A stretch of DNA of 56,851 nucleotides from Bacillota bacterium (GTDB taxonomy: Bacteria; Bacillota; Clostridia; Tissierellales; Peptoniphilaceae). How positions within the stretch are numbered: the first letter of the stretch is position 1; each line of letters begins with the position of its first letter. The notes under the pieces were generated by a model. The model made no database searches and had not been told where the DNA came from. It worked only from the letters and a program-made list of their open reading frames with translations. Made by a program: the position numbers and the translations under genes. Below, in pieces: positions 1 through 9,715 of this stretch. The stretch covers positions 1 to 56,851 of the forward strand of contig JAEXBU010000016.1 in NCBI GenBank assembly GCA_023393815.1, written 5' to 3'.

Positions 1-230
1 AAATCATACTTCTTGTCGTCGGAAACGTAGTAATCGACAAATTCCAGTATTAAATTTCCCGCAAAGTCTTCGATCGGCGAAATATCTCGAAACACTTCCC
101 TAAGCCCTTCGTCGATGAGCCACTGAAACGAATTGGTTTGAACCCCCAATAGATTCGGTATTTCCAACACATCGTCGATTCTGGAATAACTCATTCTCTC
201 CCGTTTGCCGTATTGAACAGGATGTACCAT
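1..230 (-). CDS. rpoB: RNA polymerase beta subunit, 5' part (runs off the window start)
   Basis: Hand translation from ATG at 230: [67 protein letters not shown], the typical Firmicute RpoB N-terminus; RBS GGGGTGAGGA upstream. Confidence 0.97.
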   Translation of the reverse strand, partial: MVHPVQYGKRERMSYSRIDDVLEIPNLLGVQTNSFQWLIDEGLREVFRDISPIEDFAGNLILEFVDYYVSDDKKYD

Positions 231-383
231 CTAAATTCCTCACCCCTTACAGTTCCTTCGAAAAACAAAAAATGTATGTGTAAGAATACCCTCAAACATG
301 AACCGTAAATAACTTACATATACATCCTCTTCCGTAGCTGCGTCCGTCTTTTCCATATTGTTTTTATTATTATGCAATTTATT

Positions 384-412
384 ATATTAACACGAACCGT
401 TTTAATTTACAA
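384..412 (-). promoter_or_regulatory. Putative sigmaA promoter of rpoB
   Basis: Minus strand TTGTAA-17nt-TAATAT with TG extended -10. Confidence 0.5.
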
Positions 413-416
413 GGTT

Positions 417-1772
417 CTATTTCCCTTTCCCGATTAAAACTTTTCCGTCCACAGGGACGTAACGGCTCTTCGCGCAGAGAACACGCTTCACTTCCCGTCC
501 ATTTTGAGAATACACCGCGTAGGTATTGTACACGGATCCGTCAACTTTCTTTTGCAGAACCTTCACTTCTCCCCCCGGCAGTTCCGACGTGTAGGATTCG
601 CTGTCGGATGCCGCAAGGTTTTTGACTTTTTCCGTTACCAGGTCGATGGCATACGGCTTTTCTCCCTTTGCCCCGTAAATGGTACAGCGCAGCTTTCCCT
701 CCTCTCCCACGGTTTCGATGTACACGGGCTTCGTGTAGGGATTGGAAAAAATAAAATCCTTGTACCCGTCGCTGACGGCGCAGTCCAACCCCTCTTGCGC
801 ATAAGGTACAGGCTTCGAATGGTTGAACTTCGTAATCACCTCAAGCCCCGCGCGGGCGACCGCATTGTACATGGTCGTGGACACTTGGCAAACACCCCCG
901 CCCGTACCTTCCGTTTCCACACCGTTGGATACGGTTTTTCCTTCGACAAAACCATGGTCTTCAGTAATGCCGCCAATGGTCGATAGAAAGGACAGCTTTT
1001 CTCCCGGCACCAAGACGATACGGCGAAAATATTTGGCCCCGTTTTCCACATTGACGGCCCGGTTTTTATCCGCCACATCGTATTCCGTGACCGCTTCGGC
1101 CAACTTTCCGTCGATCCCCGCAAGAGCCTGCGCCTCGATGGCAGGCTCGACGATTCTCGTCTCGATTTCCACCGTTTCATCGGACAGGCGGGACAGATCT
1201 TTCTTCGCCCGTTCCACATCGGGCACTTCCCCTTTGCTGCCCGGTCGAATCACCGCACGGTCGCCTTCCATGGCCACGGTCGCCGGCTTTGCCGTGGCGT
1301 AGAGAACACCGTCCAAATTTCGAAGGCGACGATTTAAGATCGCCTGATCTACCTTTAAAGGCGTATCGACCGCATCGCCCTTAAAAAGCTGAGCCACGCG
1401 TCCGAACAGATGACGTTCGCGGCTCTCCTTCAGCGCGTCCTTCGCTGCTTGTTCCACGGGCATACTCAGCCCCAGCTGTGCCGTCGTCAACGTCGCGGAT
1501 TTTTTCTTATGGGTGAGGCGCACGGAACGAGACGCAAAATCCGCACGACGCTTTTCCAATTTTCTCTCGGCACCGCGTACCGTGAGAAAACCCAGTTTAT
1601 AACCGCAATAATCGGTCCCCGGACTAATGATGCCCAAAGTAGGCAATACGCTGATAGCGATAAAACAAACCACGGCGGCGAATCCTGCGATCGTCGCTAC
1701 GCGCTTTCTCTTCTTCCACTTTAAGCGGCGCCGCTTTTTATGGCGAAAATGTAAGTACGTATCTGAGATCAC
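417..1772 (-). CDS. VanW-family membrane-anchored cell-wall protein (PG-binding repeat + VanW + G5-like tail)
   Basis: Basic N-terminus then TM helix; VanW motifs GGGVCQVSTTMYNA, HSKPVPY, GLDCAV. Confidence 0.85.
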   Translation of the reverse strand: MISDTYLHFRHKKRRRLKWKKRKRVATIAGFAAVVCFIAISVLPTLGIISPGTDYCGYKLGFLTVRGAERKLEKRRADFASRSVRLTHKKKSATLTTAQLGLSMPVEQAAKDALKESRERHLFGRVAQLFKGDAVDTPLKVDQAILNRRLRNLDGVLYATAKPATVAMEGDRAVIRPGSKGEVPDVERAKKDLSRLSDETVEIETRIVEPAIEAQALAGIDGKLAEAVTEYDVADKNRAVNVENGAKYFRRIVLVPGEKLSFLSTIGGITEDHGFVEGKTVSNGVETEGTGGGVCQVSTTMYNAVARAGLEVITKFNHSKPVPYAQEGLDCAVSDGYKDFIFSNPYTKPVYIETVGEEGKLRCTIYGAKGEKPYAIDLVTEKVKNLAASDSESYTSELPGGEVKVLQKKVDGSVYNTYAVYSQNGREVKRVLCAKSRYVPVDGKVLIGKGK

Positions 1773-2410
1773 GACTCGACACTCCTATAATAACAACAGA
1801 GATCCTTTAGATTACACGAATCGCAAAGCGGCCGTTGCGCCTTGCATAATCTGCGCCCCAAAAAAATCAACAAGTGATGGCCTTTGCTCCAATGTTCTTT
1901 GGGCCAAATAGCCATTAACTGCTTTTCCGTACCGTCCACATTTTTGCTGTCCGCAAGTCCTAAACGATTGGACACGCGAAAGACGTGGGTATCCACGGCA
2001 ATCGCGGGAATGCCCAGCACATTGGATGCCACCACATTGGCGGTCTTGCGGCCGACGCCTGCAAGCGTCATAAGGCCCTCGATGGTGGGAGGAATCTCGC
2101 CACCCCAAGTGTCCAGAATCTCCTCGGAGGCCGCCAAAATATTCTTCGCCTTGTTTCGGTAAACGCCGCAACTTTTTATATATCCTTCCAACTCCTCTTG
2201 GGAGAGGGTCACCATCTTCTCCGGCGTATTGTATTTTTCAAAAAGCACGTCGGTGACTTTATTGACCCGCACGTCCGTACACTGCGCCGAAAGAATCGTC
2301 GCGATTAAAAGTTCGTAGGGCGTGGAATAGTTCAGCTCCGCCCGAGCATCCGGAAACATTTCCTCCAGTCGTTCATAAACGATCGATGCTTCTTGTTTTG
2401 TTAAAGGCAT
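1769..2410 (-). CDS. nth: Endonuclease III
   Basis: LSAQCTD, HhH GVGRKTANVV, AVDTHVFRV, C-terminal CxxxxxxCxxCxxxxxC Fe-S motif. Confidence 0.97.
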   Translation of the reverse strand: MPLTKQEASIVYERLEEMFPDARAELNYSTPYELLIATILSAQCTDVRVNKVTDVLFEKYNTPEKMVTLSQEELEGYIKSCGVYRNKAKNILAASEEILDTWGGEIPPTIEGLMTLAGVGRKTANVVASNVLGIPAIAVDTHVFRVSNRLGLADSKNVDGTEKQLMAIWPKEHWSKGHHLLIFLGRRLCKAQRPLCDSCNLKDLCCYYRSVES

Positions 2411-2412
2411 AC

Positions 2413-3321
2413 TTACCTCTTTCTTTCATTAAAATAGCGGCGAATGACGCGGGCATTTTTTACCCACTGCCGTTTCCCCCGCCACGATCCGCTCAAACGG
2501 CCGTAGCGTTTTTTAAAGCTGCGATTGCTCTGCTCTTCAATGCCGTCGAGGAAGATGTGCTCCACGGGATCGTCCGAGCGATACACCACGTCGATCTCCC
2601 GGTTCTTTGGACAAACCATCTGGCACACGTCACAACCGTAGAGCCAATCCGCCATCACCGCCCGCTCCCCGTCGGTTAACTCCTCTCGCTTTTGCGTGAT
2701 CCACGAACGGCAGCGATGGGGATGCAAGACGCCATTGCTGTCGATGGCCCTTCCCGGACAGGCATCCACACAAGCAGTACAAGATCCGCAGCTTCCCTTG
2801 GGCTCGCCCGAAATTCCGCCCTCTAAATTGGTGAGCAAAAGGCCGATGGCTACGTAGCTTCCCAAACGATCGTGGATAAAGCTGCCGTTTCGGCCGATGA
2901 ACCCTTTTCCCGTCATGGCGGCAAAGCCCCGCTCGTACAAAGGCCCCGTGTCCACTTGCCGATGCCACTGTACATGGGGGTAGGCACCTTGTAAATACAT
3001 CTCCAGCGCCTCCATTTTTTCGTTGAGCAAAATGTGGTAATCCACATCCCGAGAAAAACTCGCCAGACGACCATAGCCTTCCATTGCCGCCGGCTCCTCT
3101 TCGGAAAAAGGTACTTGTTCGAAGGCGACAAAGACGGATGCGACCGAAGGCAACAGTCGCGCAGGATCCATGCGAGACGCCATGTCCTCCGGCTCGATGG
3201 GGAGCATCTCTCCCGCCGCTTTTCGCGCCGCGAAAATAGAGGCCATGGCGCCGAGCTTTTTTGCCGGCACCCACGCCAAATCGTGAAAATGCAATAACTC
3301 TTTGATGTGCTCTACTTCCAT
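2413..3321 (-). CDS. queG: tRNA epoxyqueuosine reductase
   Basis: DYH, VDTGPLYER, GFIGRN, CGSCTACVDACP and YGCDVCQMVCP; start moved to ATG 3321 after AAAGGA. Confidence 0.88.
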   Translation of the reverse strand: MEVEHIKELLHFHDLAWVPAKKLGAMASIFAARKAAGEMLPIEPEDMASRMDPARLLPSVASVFVAFEQVPFSEEEPAAMEGYGRLASFSRDVDYHILLNEKMEALEMYLQGAYPHVQWHRQVDTGPLYERGFAAMTGKGFIGRNGSFIHDRLGSYVAIGLLLTNLEGGISGEPKGSCGSCTACVDACPGRAIDSNGVLHPHRCRSWITQKREELTDGERAVMADWLYGCDVCQMVCPKNREIDVVYRSDDPVEHIFLDGIEEQSNRSFKKRYGRLSGSWRGKRQWVKNARVIRRYFNERKR

Positions 3322-3379
3322 CCCAAGTCCTTTCCGTTGTTGTATAATAATACTATCACACTCTGACAAAGGAGATGCT

Positions 3380-4621
3380 ATGATTCAGCTGAAGATTTTT
3401 GAAAAAATCAAGCCCTTTTTTACGCGGACGCATCCCGGCAAGCGCGACGTGGACCGCACTTTACTTTTTGTGGTCTTGGCCATTATCCTGATGGGGTTTT
3501 TGGCCTTGTCCTCGGCAACCTTATCCTACGGCAATCGGCCCTTCCTAATGAAACAGGGCATCGCGACTCTATTGGGTGCGGCCATTGCCGCCGTCTTAAT
3601 GTTGGTGGACTACCGTATTTGGAAGACTTATTACCCCCTGCTCTATATCCTTAGTGTCGTTCTCTTGACAGCGACCCTGCTCTTCGGCCACGGAGACACT
3701 ACCTGGGGATCGAAAAGTTGGCTCGCCATCGGCCCGGTGAATTTTCAGCCGGCAGAATTCGTCAAAATTTTTCTCGTCATATGCTTTGCCTTTTACCTGG
3801 ACAAACACGGCGAAAAAATCAACGAACCCAAGGAGCTTTTAAAAGCCTTGGCCTTCGCCGGTTTCCCCGTAGGGCTCATTATGCTCCAGCCGGATTTCGG
3901 AACGGCCATGGTCTTTCTGTTTTTCATCGCCGTTATGCTTTTTTTCTCCGGGCTGGATTGGAAATATATTTTCGGTGCCCTCGGCGCCGGATTCCTCGCT
4001 CTGCCGATCGTTTACGCCCGACTGGACGATTACCAAAAAGACCGGATTCTAAACTTTCTAAAACCCGGAGCCAACACTTCCGGCAGTGGCTATCAGGCCT
4101 ACGAAGGTCGCATCGCCATCGGCGACGGCCGCCTGTTCGGACGCGGCCTGTACAAGGGGCCCCAAACGCAATTTAATTTTATCCCGACGAAAGAAACGGA
4201 CTTTATCTTTCCCGTCCTCGTAGAAGAAATGGGCTTTCTCGGCGGCGCTCTGCTCCTCGGGCTCTACGGCCTTATGTTCTACCGACTCCTGTCTCTCGCA
4301 AAGCTCGCCAAAGACAAAGGCGGCGAACTGATGATCTTCGGATTCTTAAGCATTCTCTTTATTCACATCTGGGAAAACATGGGCATGACCTTGGGGCTTA
4401 TGCCCGTCACCGGAATCCCTCTTCCCTTCATCAGCTACGGAGGCACCTTCCAAATGGTCAACTTGGCCATGATCGGTCTCTGCCTAAGCGTTCGCTACCA
4501 TCGCTCGGAACGTCGCGAGATAGATTTTATGCCCGACTTTCTCTCCTCTATAAGCGATCGCATCAGTGATTTTCAAGAGCGCCAGTGGAACAAAGAACGT
4601 TTGAAACGATGGAAACGCTAA
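3380..4621 (+). CDS. rodA: SEDS peptidoglycan glycosyltransferase RodA
   Basis: FQPAEFVK, LQPDFGT, TDFIF, PVTGIPLPFISYGG; GGAG RBS before ATG 3380. Confidence 0.9.
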   Translation: MIQLKIFEKIKPFFTRTHPGKRDVDRTLLFVVLAIILMGFLALSSATLSYGNRPFLMKQGIATLLGAAIAAVLMLVDYRIWKTYYPLLYILSVVLLTATLLFGHGDTTWGSKSWLAIGPVNFQPAEFVKIFLVICFAFYLDKHGEKINEPKELLKALAFAGFPVGLIMLQPDFGTAMVFLFFIAVMLFFSGLDWKYIFGALGAGFLALPIVYARLDDYQKDRILNFLKPGANTSGSGYQAYEGRIAIGDGRLFGRGLYKGPQTQFNFIPTKETDFIFPVLVEEMGFLGGALLLGLYGLMFYRLLSLAKLAKDKGGELMIFGFLSILFIHIWENMGMTLGLMPVTGIPLPFISYGGTFQMVNLAMIGLCLSVRYHRSERREIDFMPDFLSSISDRISDFQERQWNKERLKRWKR

Positions 4622-4646
4622 GAACCGGCAAGATCGGTTCTTTTTT
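4621..4646 (+). terminator. Intrinsic terminator after rodA
   Basis: AGAACCG...CGGTTCT stem followed by a T-tract. Confidence 0.75.
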
Positions 4647-4731
4647 CATAGAATAGGGAGTCTTTATTGAAATTTTCATTGTGTTATAATAGGCATGCTT
4701 ACTTTACCGTTCGGTAAGAAAGGATAGTTCA

Positions 4732-5601
4732 ATGACTCATTACGAAATTCTAATAGATAGCTCCCTCAACGTCCATACATCCTTTGTCGACGCCTGTTCC
4801 TACGCCATGATCCCCATGACCGTAGCCATAGGTGACAGGGATTTTTCCATTGGACGGAACACCCCTTTGGAAACCGTTCACGATTTTTATCGCCGCATCC
4901 AAACCGAGACGGCGAGCACCTCGCAAATTCCCCAGTCTATGTACGAAGCCTACTTTCAACCGGCGCTGGGATCCGGTGCGGACGTTTTGTATTTAAGTCT
5001 GTCTTCCGGCATCTCCGCCACCTACCATCAAGCCCTCTTAGCGAAAAAAGATCTGGAAAATGCCTTCCCTGGCCGGTCCGTCCACTGCGTGAACACGAGA
5101 AGTTGCGGTCCCGCCGGCTCGTTTCTCGTGAAACGCGCGGTGGAAAATAGGGAAAAAGGTATGACCGCCGAGGAAAATAAAAAGGATCTGGAAAACTTTC
5201 GAAGACGAGTCGTCTTCACGGGACTAATCACGCAACTGGATCACATTAAGCGCAGCGGCCGCCTTTCCGGGGGCATGGCTTTGGTGGGAAATGCCCTGCA
5301 CATTAAACCGATCCTGCTCATGGAAGAAAACGGCGATCTGGTTCTCTGCGACAAAGCCCGAGGCATAAAGCAAGCGACAAAACGCTTAATCCAAACGCTG
5401 GAGGAAAAGATGGACGTGGAGGAAACCACGATTTTTCTCTCCCATGGCGACGACGAGGATTTAGCTCTCTCGGCCAAGGAACAGATTCTTGAAAAAACCG
5501 ACGCCTCCGACGTCTTCATCGACTATTTAACCCCGGTGGTCAGTGCCCACATCGGTCAAGGTGCTCTCGGTATGAGCTTTATTCAGAAAATCGCCGACTA
5601 A
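4732..5601 (+). CDS. DegV/FakB family fatty-acid-binding protein
   Basis: STSQ, LSSGISATY, RSGRLS, IKPIL, SAHIGQGALG motifs. Confidence 0.92.
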   Translation: MTHYEILIDSSLNVHTSFVDACSYAMIPMTVAIGDRDFSIGRNTPLETVHDFYRRIQTETASTSQIPQSMYEAYFQPALGSGADVLYLSLSSGISATYHQALLAKKDLENAFPGRSVHCVNTRSCGPAGSFLVKRAVENREKGMTAEENKKDLENFRRRVVFTGLITQLDHIKRSGRLSGGMALVGNALHIKPILLMEENGDLVLCDKARGIKQATKRLIQTLEEKMDVEETTIFLSHGDDEDLALSAKEQILEKTDASDVFIDYLTPVVSAHIGQGALGMSFIQKIAD

Positions 5602-5673
5602 ATTCATGAAAACGTGGAAATACAGCGGCGTTTCAGGTATAATGTATTGTTGATTAAACAAAGGAGGAAACGA

Positions 5674-6315
5674 ATGAACACCATTAAATTAAATTTAGAA
5701 AAGCGCGACAACCTGGGCACGTCCGGCGCCAAGAAGCTCAGAACCGAAGGTTTGATCCCCGGTATTTTCTACGCGAAAGGCGAAGAACCTGTCGCCGTCT
5801 GTGCAAAGGCGAACGAATTACAAAAAGTCGTCGACGAAGCCGGCACGTCCGCATTGGTCGATGTCTCCATCGACGGGGAAGACCACAAAATCCTGTTTAA
5901 GGAAATTCAACAACACCCCTTCAAAAACCAATTGCTTCACTTCGACGCCTATGGCGTAAACTTGAAGGAAAAAATCAAGTTATCCATCCCCGTCGTCTTG
6001 GAAGGCCGCGACGAAATTCGCGTACAACCGTCCGTCTTGTTGCAATTGTTGGAAGAAGTGGAAGTCGAATGTTTGCCGACCCACCTTCCCTCCGAAGGTG
6101 TGGCTAACGTAGCCGATATGCAAATTGGCGATACCTTAACCGTCGCCGATTTGGACGTCGCATCCATCGCCGACATCGAAGTCTTGACAGACTTGGAAGA
6201 AGCCGTATGCTCCCTACAAGAACCCCGTGAAGAAGAAATCGTCGAAGACGAAGACGGCGCCGATGCCGCCGACGTTCCCACGGTGGGTGAAACAGAAAAA
6301 AACGAAGAAGAATAA
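5674..6315 (+). CDS. rplY: 50S ribosomal protein L25 / general stress protein Ctc (long form)
   Basis: LRTEGLIPGIFY, KEIQQHP, HFD, acidic tail; AGGAGG RBS before ATG 5674. Confidence 0.95.
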   Translation: MNTIKLNLEKRDNLGTSGAKKLRTEGLIPGIFYAKGEEPVAVCAKANELQKVVDEAGTSALVDVSIDGEDHKILFKEIQQHPFKNQLLHFDAYGVNLKEKIKLSIPVVLEGRDEIRVQPSVLLQLLEEVEVECLPTHLPSEGVANVADMQIGDTLTVADLDVASIADIEVLTDLEEAVCSLQEPREEEIVEDEDGADAADVPTVGETEKNEEE

Positions 6316-6330
6316 TCGCCCGATCGGCGG

Positions 6331-6360
6331 AAAAGACCGGACACACACCGGTCTTTTTTT
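6331..6360 (+). terminator. Intrinsic terminator after rplY
   Basis: AAAAGACCGG-loop-CCGGTCTTTTTTT. Confidence 0.85.
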
Positions 6361-6435
6361 ATTGCCGCCATAGGTCACTCCAGCGAATAAAAAAAGATGC
6401 CGACCGAATCCTCTCTCGGGCGACATCTTTTCCCA

Positions 6436-7815
6436 TCAATTGCTCAATTCCTGTTCTATCGGCACGTCTTTTTCAAAATTCCACGTACCCTTCGGCTCAG
6501 CGTAACGAACGAAAATAGAAACCAAAGCAAAGATCGCGAGAAGGGCTTGATACCAGAGGAAGGGAATAATCTCTACCGGCGCGACGGCAGCCGCCCCCAA
6601 TTCCTTCGTCAAACCCGCAGCGATTAAAATCTGTGCGCCGTAGGGAATGATGCCCTGCATCACACAGGAGAAAACATCCAATAGGGACGCCGAACGTCTC
6701 GGATCCACCTGAAAGTCCTTGGAAATTTCCTTTGCCACAGGCCCGTCGATAATAATGGCGACCGTATTGTTGGCTGTTGCCGCATCGGTAACCAAAGTCA
6801 ATAGGGCGATCGACATTTCCGCCGACTTCACGTCTTTGGCAAAACCGCGAATCTTTTTGACCAGCCACTCGATGCCTCCGTTTTGCGACACCATATAAGA
6901 CAGGCCGCCGGTCAACATGGACAAGAGGAAGATCTCGAACATACCGCTGAAACCTTCAAAAATTGTTTGGGCGAAAGTCATCATAGTGAGCCCACCGGTG
7001 GCGATGCCGATAATCCCAGAAAGAAGGATCCCGCTGGTTAACACCAAAAATACATTCATTCCGGCAAGAGCCGAAATCAATACGAACAAATAGGGAATGA
7101 TTAAAACGAAGCGATAATGTAAATCGTCCAAGGCAACATTTCCCTCGGGCTTTCCTGCAAAGAGAAGGATCACAAAAGTAATAATCGCCGCCGGCAAGGC
7201 AATCTTTATATTTGTCCGAAACTTATCCTTCATGCCCACATGTTGTGTCCGTGTAGCGGCAATGGTGGTATCGGAAATAACGGACAGATTGTCTCCGAAC
7301 ATCGCGCCGCCTACCAAGGCGCCGAGTACCAACGCCAGAGGCAAACTTCCCTTTTGTGCCACGCCCACGGCAATGGGGCCGACCGCCGAAATCGTTCCCA
7401 CCGACGTCCCCGTAGAAATGGAAATAAAGCAGCTGATGAGAAATATGCCCGAAGTAACGTATTCCACGGGAATCATGGACAGGGCAAAATTGACGACGGA
7501 ATCCACTCCCCCGGAAGTCTTGGACACCGCGGCGAAGGCGCCGGCTAATATATAAATTAGGCACATAATGATGATGTTCTCGTCGCCGCATCCACGGACG
7601 AAGGCATTAAACTTTTCGTCAATGGATCCTTTAAACATCACAAAGGCTAAAATAATGGCGGGCAGAATGCACACCGGCGCCGCCACTTGATAAAAGGCCA
7701 TTTCCACGCCCATGGCATTTAAAATCATCCCCGTAGCCAAGTACACCAGCACGAAAAGAAGAAAAGGCAACAGCGCCGCGCCGTTGGCTTTCGGTTTCAA
7801 TCTTCCATCTTCCAT
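6436..7815 (-). CDS. NhaC-family Na+/H+ antiporter-like transporter (MetT-like subfamily, probable amino-acid uptake)
   Basis: About 12 TM helices; STGTSVGTI, GAMFGDNLSVISDTTIAATRT, ANNTVAI, PYGAQIL. Confidence 0.85.
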   Translation of the reverse strand: MEDGRLKPKANGAALLPFLLFVLVYLATGMILNAMGVEMAFYQVAAPVCILPAIILAFVMFKGSIDEKFNAFVRGCGDENIIIMCLIYILAGAFAAVSKTSGGVDSVVNFALSMIPVEYVTSGIFLISCFISISTGTSVGTISAVGPIAVGVAQKGSLPLALVLGALVGGAMFGDNLSVISDTTIAATRTQHVGMKDKFRTNIKIALPAAIITFVILLFAGKPEGNVALDDLHYRFVLIIPYLFVLISALAGMNVFLVLTSGILLSGIIGIATGGLTMMTFAQTIFEGFSGMFEIFLLSMLTGGLSYMVSQNGGIEWLVKKIRGFAKDVKSAEMSIALLTLVTDAATANNTVAIIIDGPVAKEISKDFQVDPRRSASLLDVFSCVMQGIIPYGAQILIAAGLTKELGAAAVAPVEIIPFLWYQALLAIFALVSIFVRYAEPKGTWNFEKDVPIEQELSN

Positions 7816-7897
7816 AATTGCCTCCCCGCATATCTACTAAAACGACGACTGCATTCGCCCCGTACCTTCAGAATGAAAACATTTTTTCACTAAGTCA

Positions 7898-7926
7898 TTA
7901 TAGTGTTTCCGCTCACCTTTGTAAAG
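7898..7926 (-). promoter_or_regulatory. Putative sigmaA promoter of the NhaC-family gene
   Basis: Minus strand TTTACA-17nt-TATAAT (coordinates approximate). Confidence 0.6.
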
Positions 7927-7992
7927 ATTCTTTAACTATCCTGCTTCACCCAATAAAAAACCCCCGCACATTTTAAGGGCGCGGGAGATTGA

Positions 7993-8601
7993 TCAGTCGT
8001 GTAAAAGACGGGAGACGCGCTTGTAAAGCGCCAAGGTGGCCGCCGATACGACCATCCCTTTTACCAGATTAAAGGGCACAATACAGTACACCATCAAATC
8101 CCAAAGCGATTGCACCCGCGGCGTCACGGCCCGGCCCATCTGTACGATGGCCTCCATAGGCATTATCTTTCCGTAGAGAGGAAAAACCACAAAATAATTG
8201 CTCACCGTCGCCACGGCCGTCATACCCAAGACGCCGATCAACAAACCAACGACCGCGCCCATATAATTTTTGTGGCGACTGTAAAAGATTGCCGAAAGGC
8301 CTACAAAGAGGGCACCGACGATAAAATTCGACAACTCACCCACGCCGCCGGTGGTGGTTCCCCGAACGAAAAAGGTCAGGATACACTTGACCAATTCGAT
8401 GGTGACTCCCGCCACCGGACCCATGGCAAAGCCGCCGATCAAGGCCGGCGTATCGGACAGATCGATTTTTATGAAAGGCGGCGCGATAAAGGCCAAGGGA
8501 AACTCCACGTACATAAGCAAAAAAGCGATGACGGATAAGAGGGACAGACGCGTTAAATTTCTGGTCGAATACCGCGTCTTCGCCCGTTGGATTTGATTCA
8601 T
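7993..8601 (-). CDS. ribU: ECF transporter S component, riboflavin-specific
   Basis: KIDLSDTPALIGGFAMGP, GVGELSNF, PFNLVKG; lies directly downstream of an FMN riboswitch; AGGAGG RBS before ATG 8601. Confidence 0.92.
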   Translation of the reverse strand: MNQIQRAKTRYSTRNLTRLSLLSVIAFLLMYVEFPLAFIAPPFIKIDLSDTPALIGGFAMGPVAGVTIELVKCILTFFVRGTTTGGVGELSNFIVGALFVGLSAIFYSRHKNYMGAVVGLLIGVLGMTAVATVSNYFVVFPLYGKIMPMEAIVQMGRAVTPRVQSLWDLMVYCIVPFNLVKGMVVSAATLALYKRVSRLLHD

Positions 8602-8622
8602 GATTCCTCCTTCATCGGGCAC

Positions 8623-8645
8623 AAAAAAAGCCCGCGTCTCCGGGC
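8623..8645 (-). terminator. Expression-platform terminator of the FMN riboswitch
   Basis: GCCCGGAGACGCGGGC + T7 between aptamer and RBS. Confidence 0.8.
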
Positions 8646-8663
8646 ATCAAAACATGAAAAAAA

Positions 8664-8774
8664 ATATCTTCTTTCATCCGGACTGTCACCGTCGGTATTG
8701 GAATTGCACCAATTCAGTCTTTCGACGCGTGGACTTTACCACCGATGAGGAATTTCACCTCGCCCTGAAGATTC
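8664..8774 (-). ncRNA. FMN (RFN) riboswitch
   Basis: ATCTTCAGGGCGAGGTGAAATTCCTCATCGGTGGTAAAGTCCACG...TTGGTGCAATTCCAATACCGACGGTGACAGTCCGGATGAAAGAAGAT matches the RFN consensus. Confidence 0.97.
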
Positions 8775-8891
8775 TTATTCTTTAGTACGTGTTTATTATA
8801 CCACGTTCATAGATAAATGAAAGGCTTTTTCAAAAAATAGATGCAACAAAAAAAGCCCCGAAGGGCTCTTTTGTGATTTCGAAAACAGTGG

Positions 8892-9575
8892 CTATTTACC
8901 GACGATCATATCGGAAAGACGTAAGGGTTCGATGTATTCGCCCTCTTTAAAGACGCGCATATTTCCGCCGGAGACTTCGTCGATTAAGACGACTTCGTCG
9001 CTACCTTCCAAGCGGCCGAATTCCAACTTAATGTCGTACATTTCGAGACCGCGCGCTTTTAAGTCGTCGTAGATGACTTGGGCGATGGAGCGGGTCAGTT
9101 CCTTAATGCGGTCGTATTCCCCTTCTTTCAGGATGCCCAAAAGAACCAAGGCGTCTTCATTGATGAGGGGGTCTTGGCGTTCATCGTCTTTTAAGGTAAA
9201 TTCGACGTAGCGGTTTAAATCGTCTCCGTCTTCGACGTATTTACCGTAACGACGGATAAAGCTGCCGGTAGCCTTAAAGCGACAGATGACTTCCAAACCT
9301 TGACCGAACACTTTGGCCGGTTTCACTTCCATCAGACGATTGTCCACGTCGGCGGAAATGTAGTGCGTAGGGATATTTTCCGCTTCAAACTTTTCAAAAA
9401 AGTACTTGCTCATGGCGATGCAAGCGCGGCCGGAACCTTCGATCGAAAGACCTACTTGGTTTTCACCCGGATCAAAGACGCCGTCCTTGCCCGTTACGTC
9501 GTCTTTAAAGAAAAAGTAAGTCTTTCCATCTTCTTGTAGAATCTTCTTCGTCTTTCCTTCGTAAATAGTTTTCAA
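8892..9575 (-). CDS. purC: SAICAR synthase, stand-alone
   Basis: YEGKTK, FKDDVT, LEVICR, GSFIRRYG, LKDDERQDP, DIKLEFG, DEVSGGNMRV; TTG start after AGGAGG. Confidence 0.95.
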   Translation of the reverse strand: MKTIYEGKTKKILQEDGKTYFFFKDDVTGKDGVFDPGENQVGLSIEGSGRACIAMSKYFFEKFEAENIPTHYISADVDNRLMEVKPAKVFGQGLEVICRFKATGSFIRRYGKYVEDGDDLNRYVEFTLKDDERQDPLINEDALVLLGILKEGEYDRIKELTRSIAQVIYDDLKARGLEMYDIKLEFGRLEGSDEVVLIDEVSGGNMRVFKEGEYIEPLRLSDMIVGK

Positions 9576-9715
9576 AATACCCTCCTGTCATACACTCAAA
9601 TCGTACAACTTATTTTACTACAAATGAAAGCAGGAAAACAGAGCTCGTGCAACTTTTTTCCCGACTTTTCACAATAAATTTTGCCCAATGAAAAAGCGCC
9701 CGCAGGCGCTTTGGT

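Noticed and set aside
417..1772. VanW domain as a sign of vancomycin resistance
   Set aside because: No vanHAX/vanRS genes nearby; VanW-domain wall proteins are common in Clostridia-like genomes
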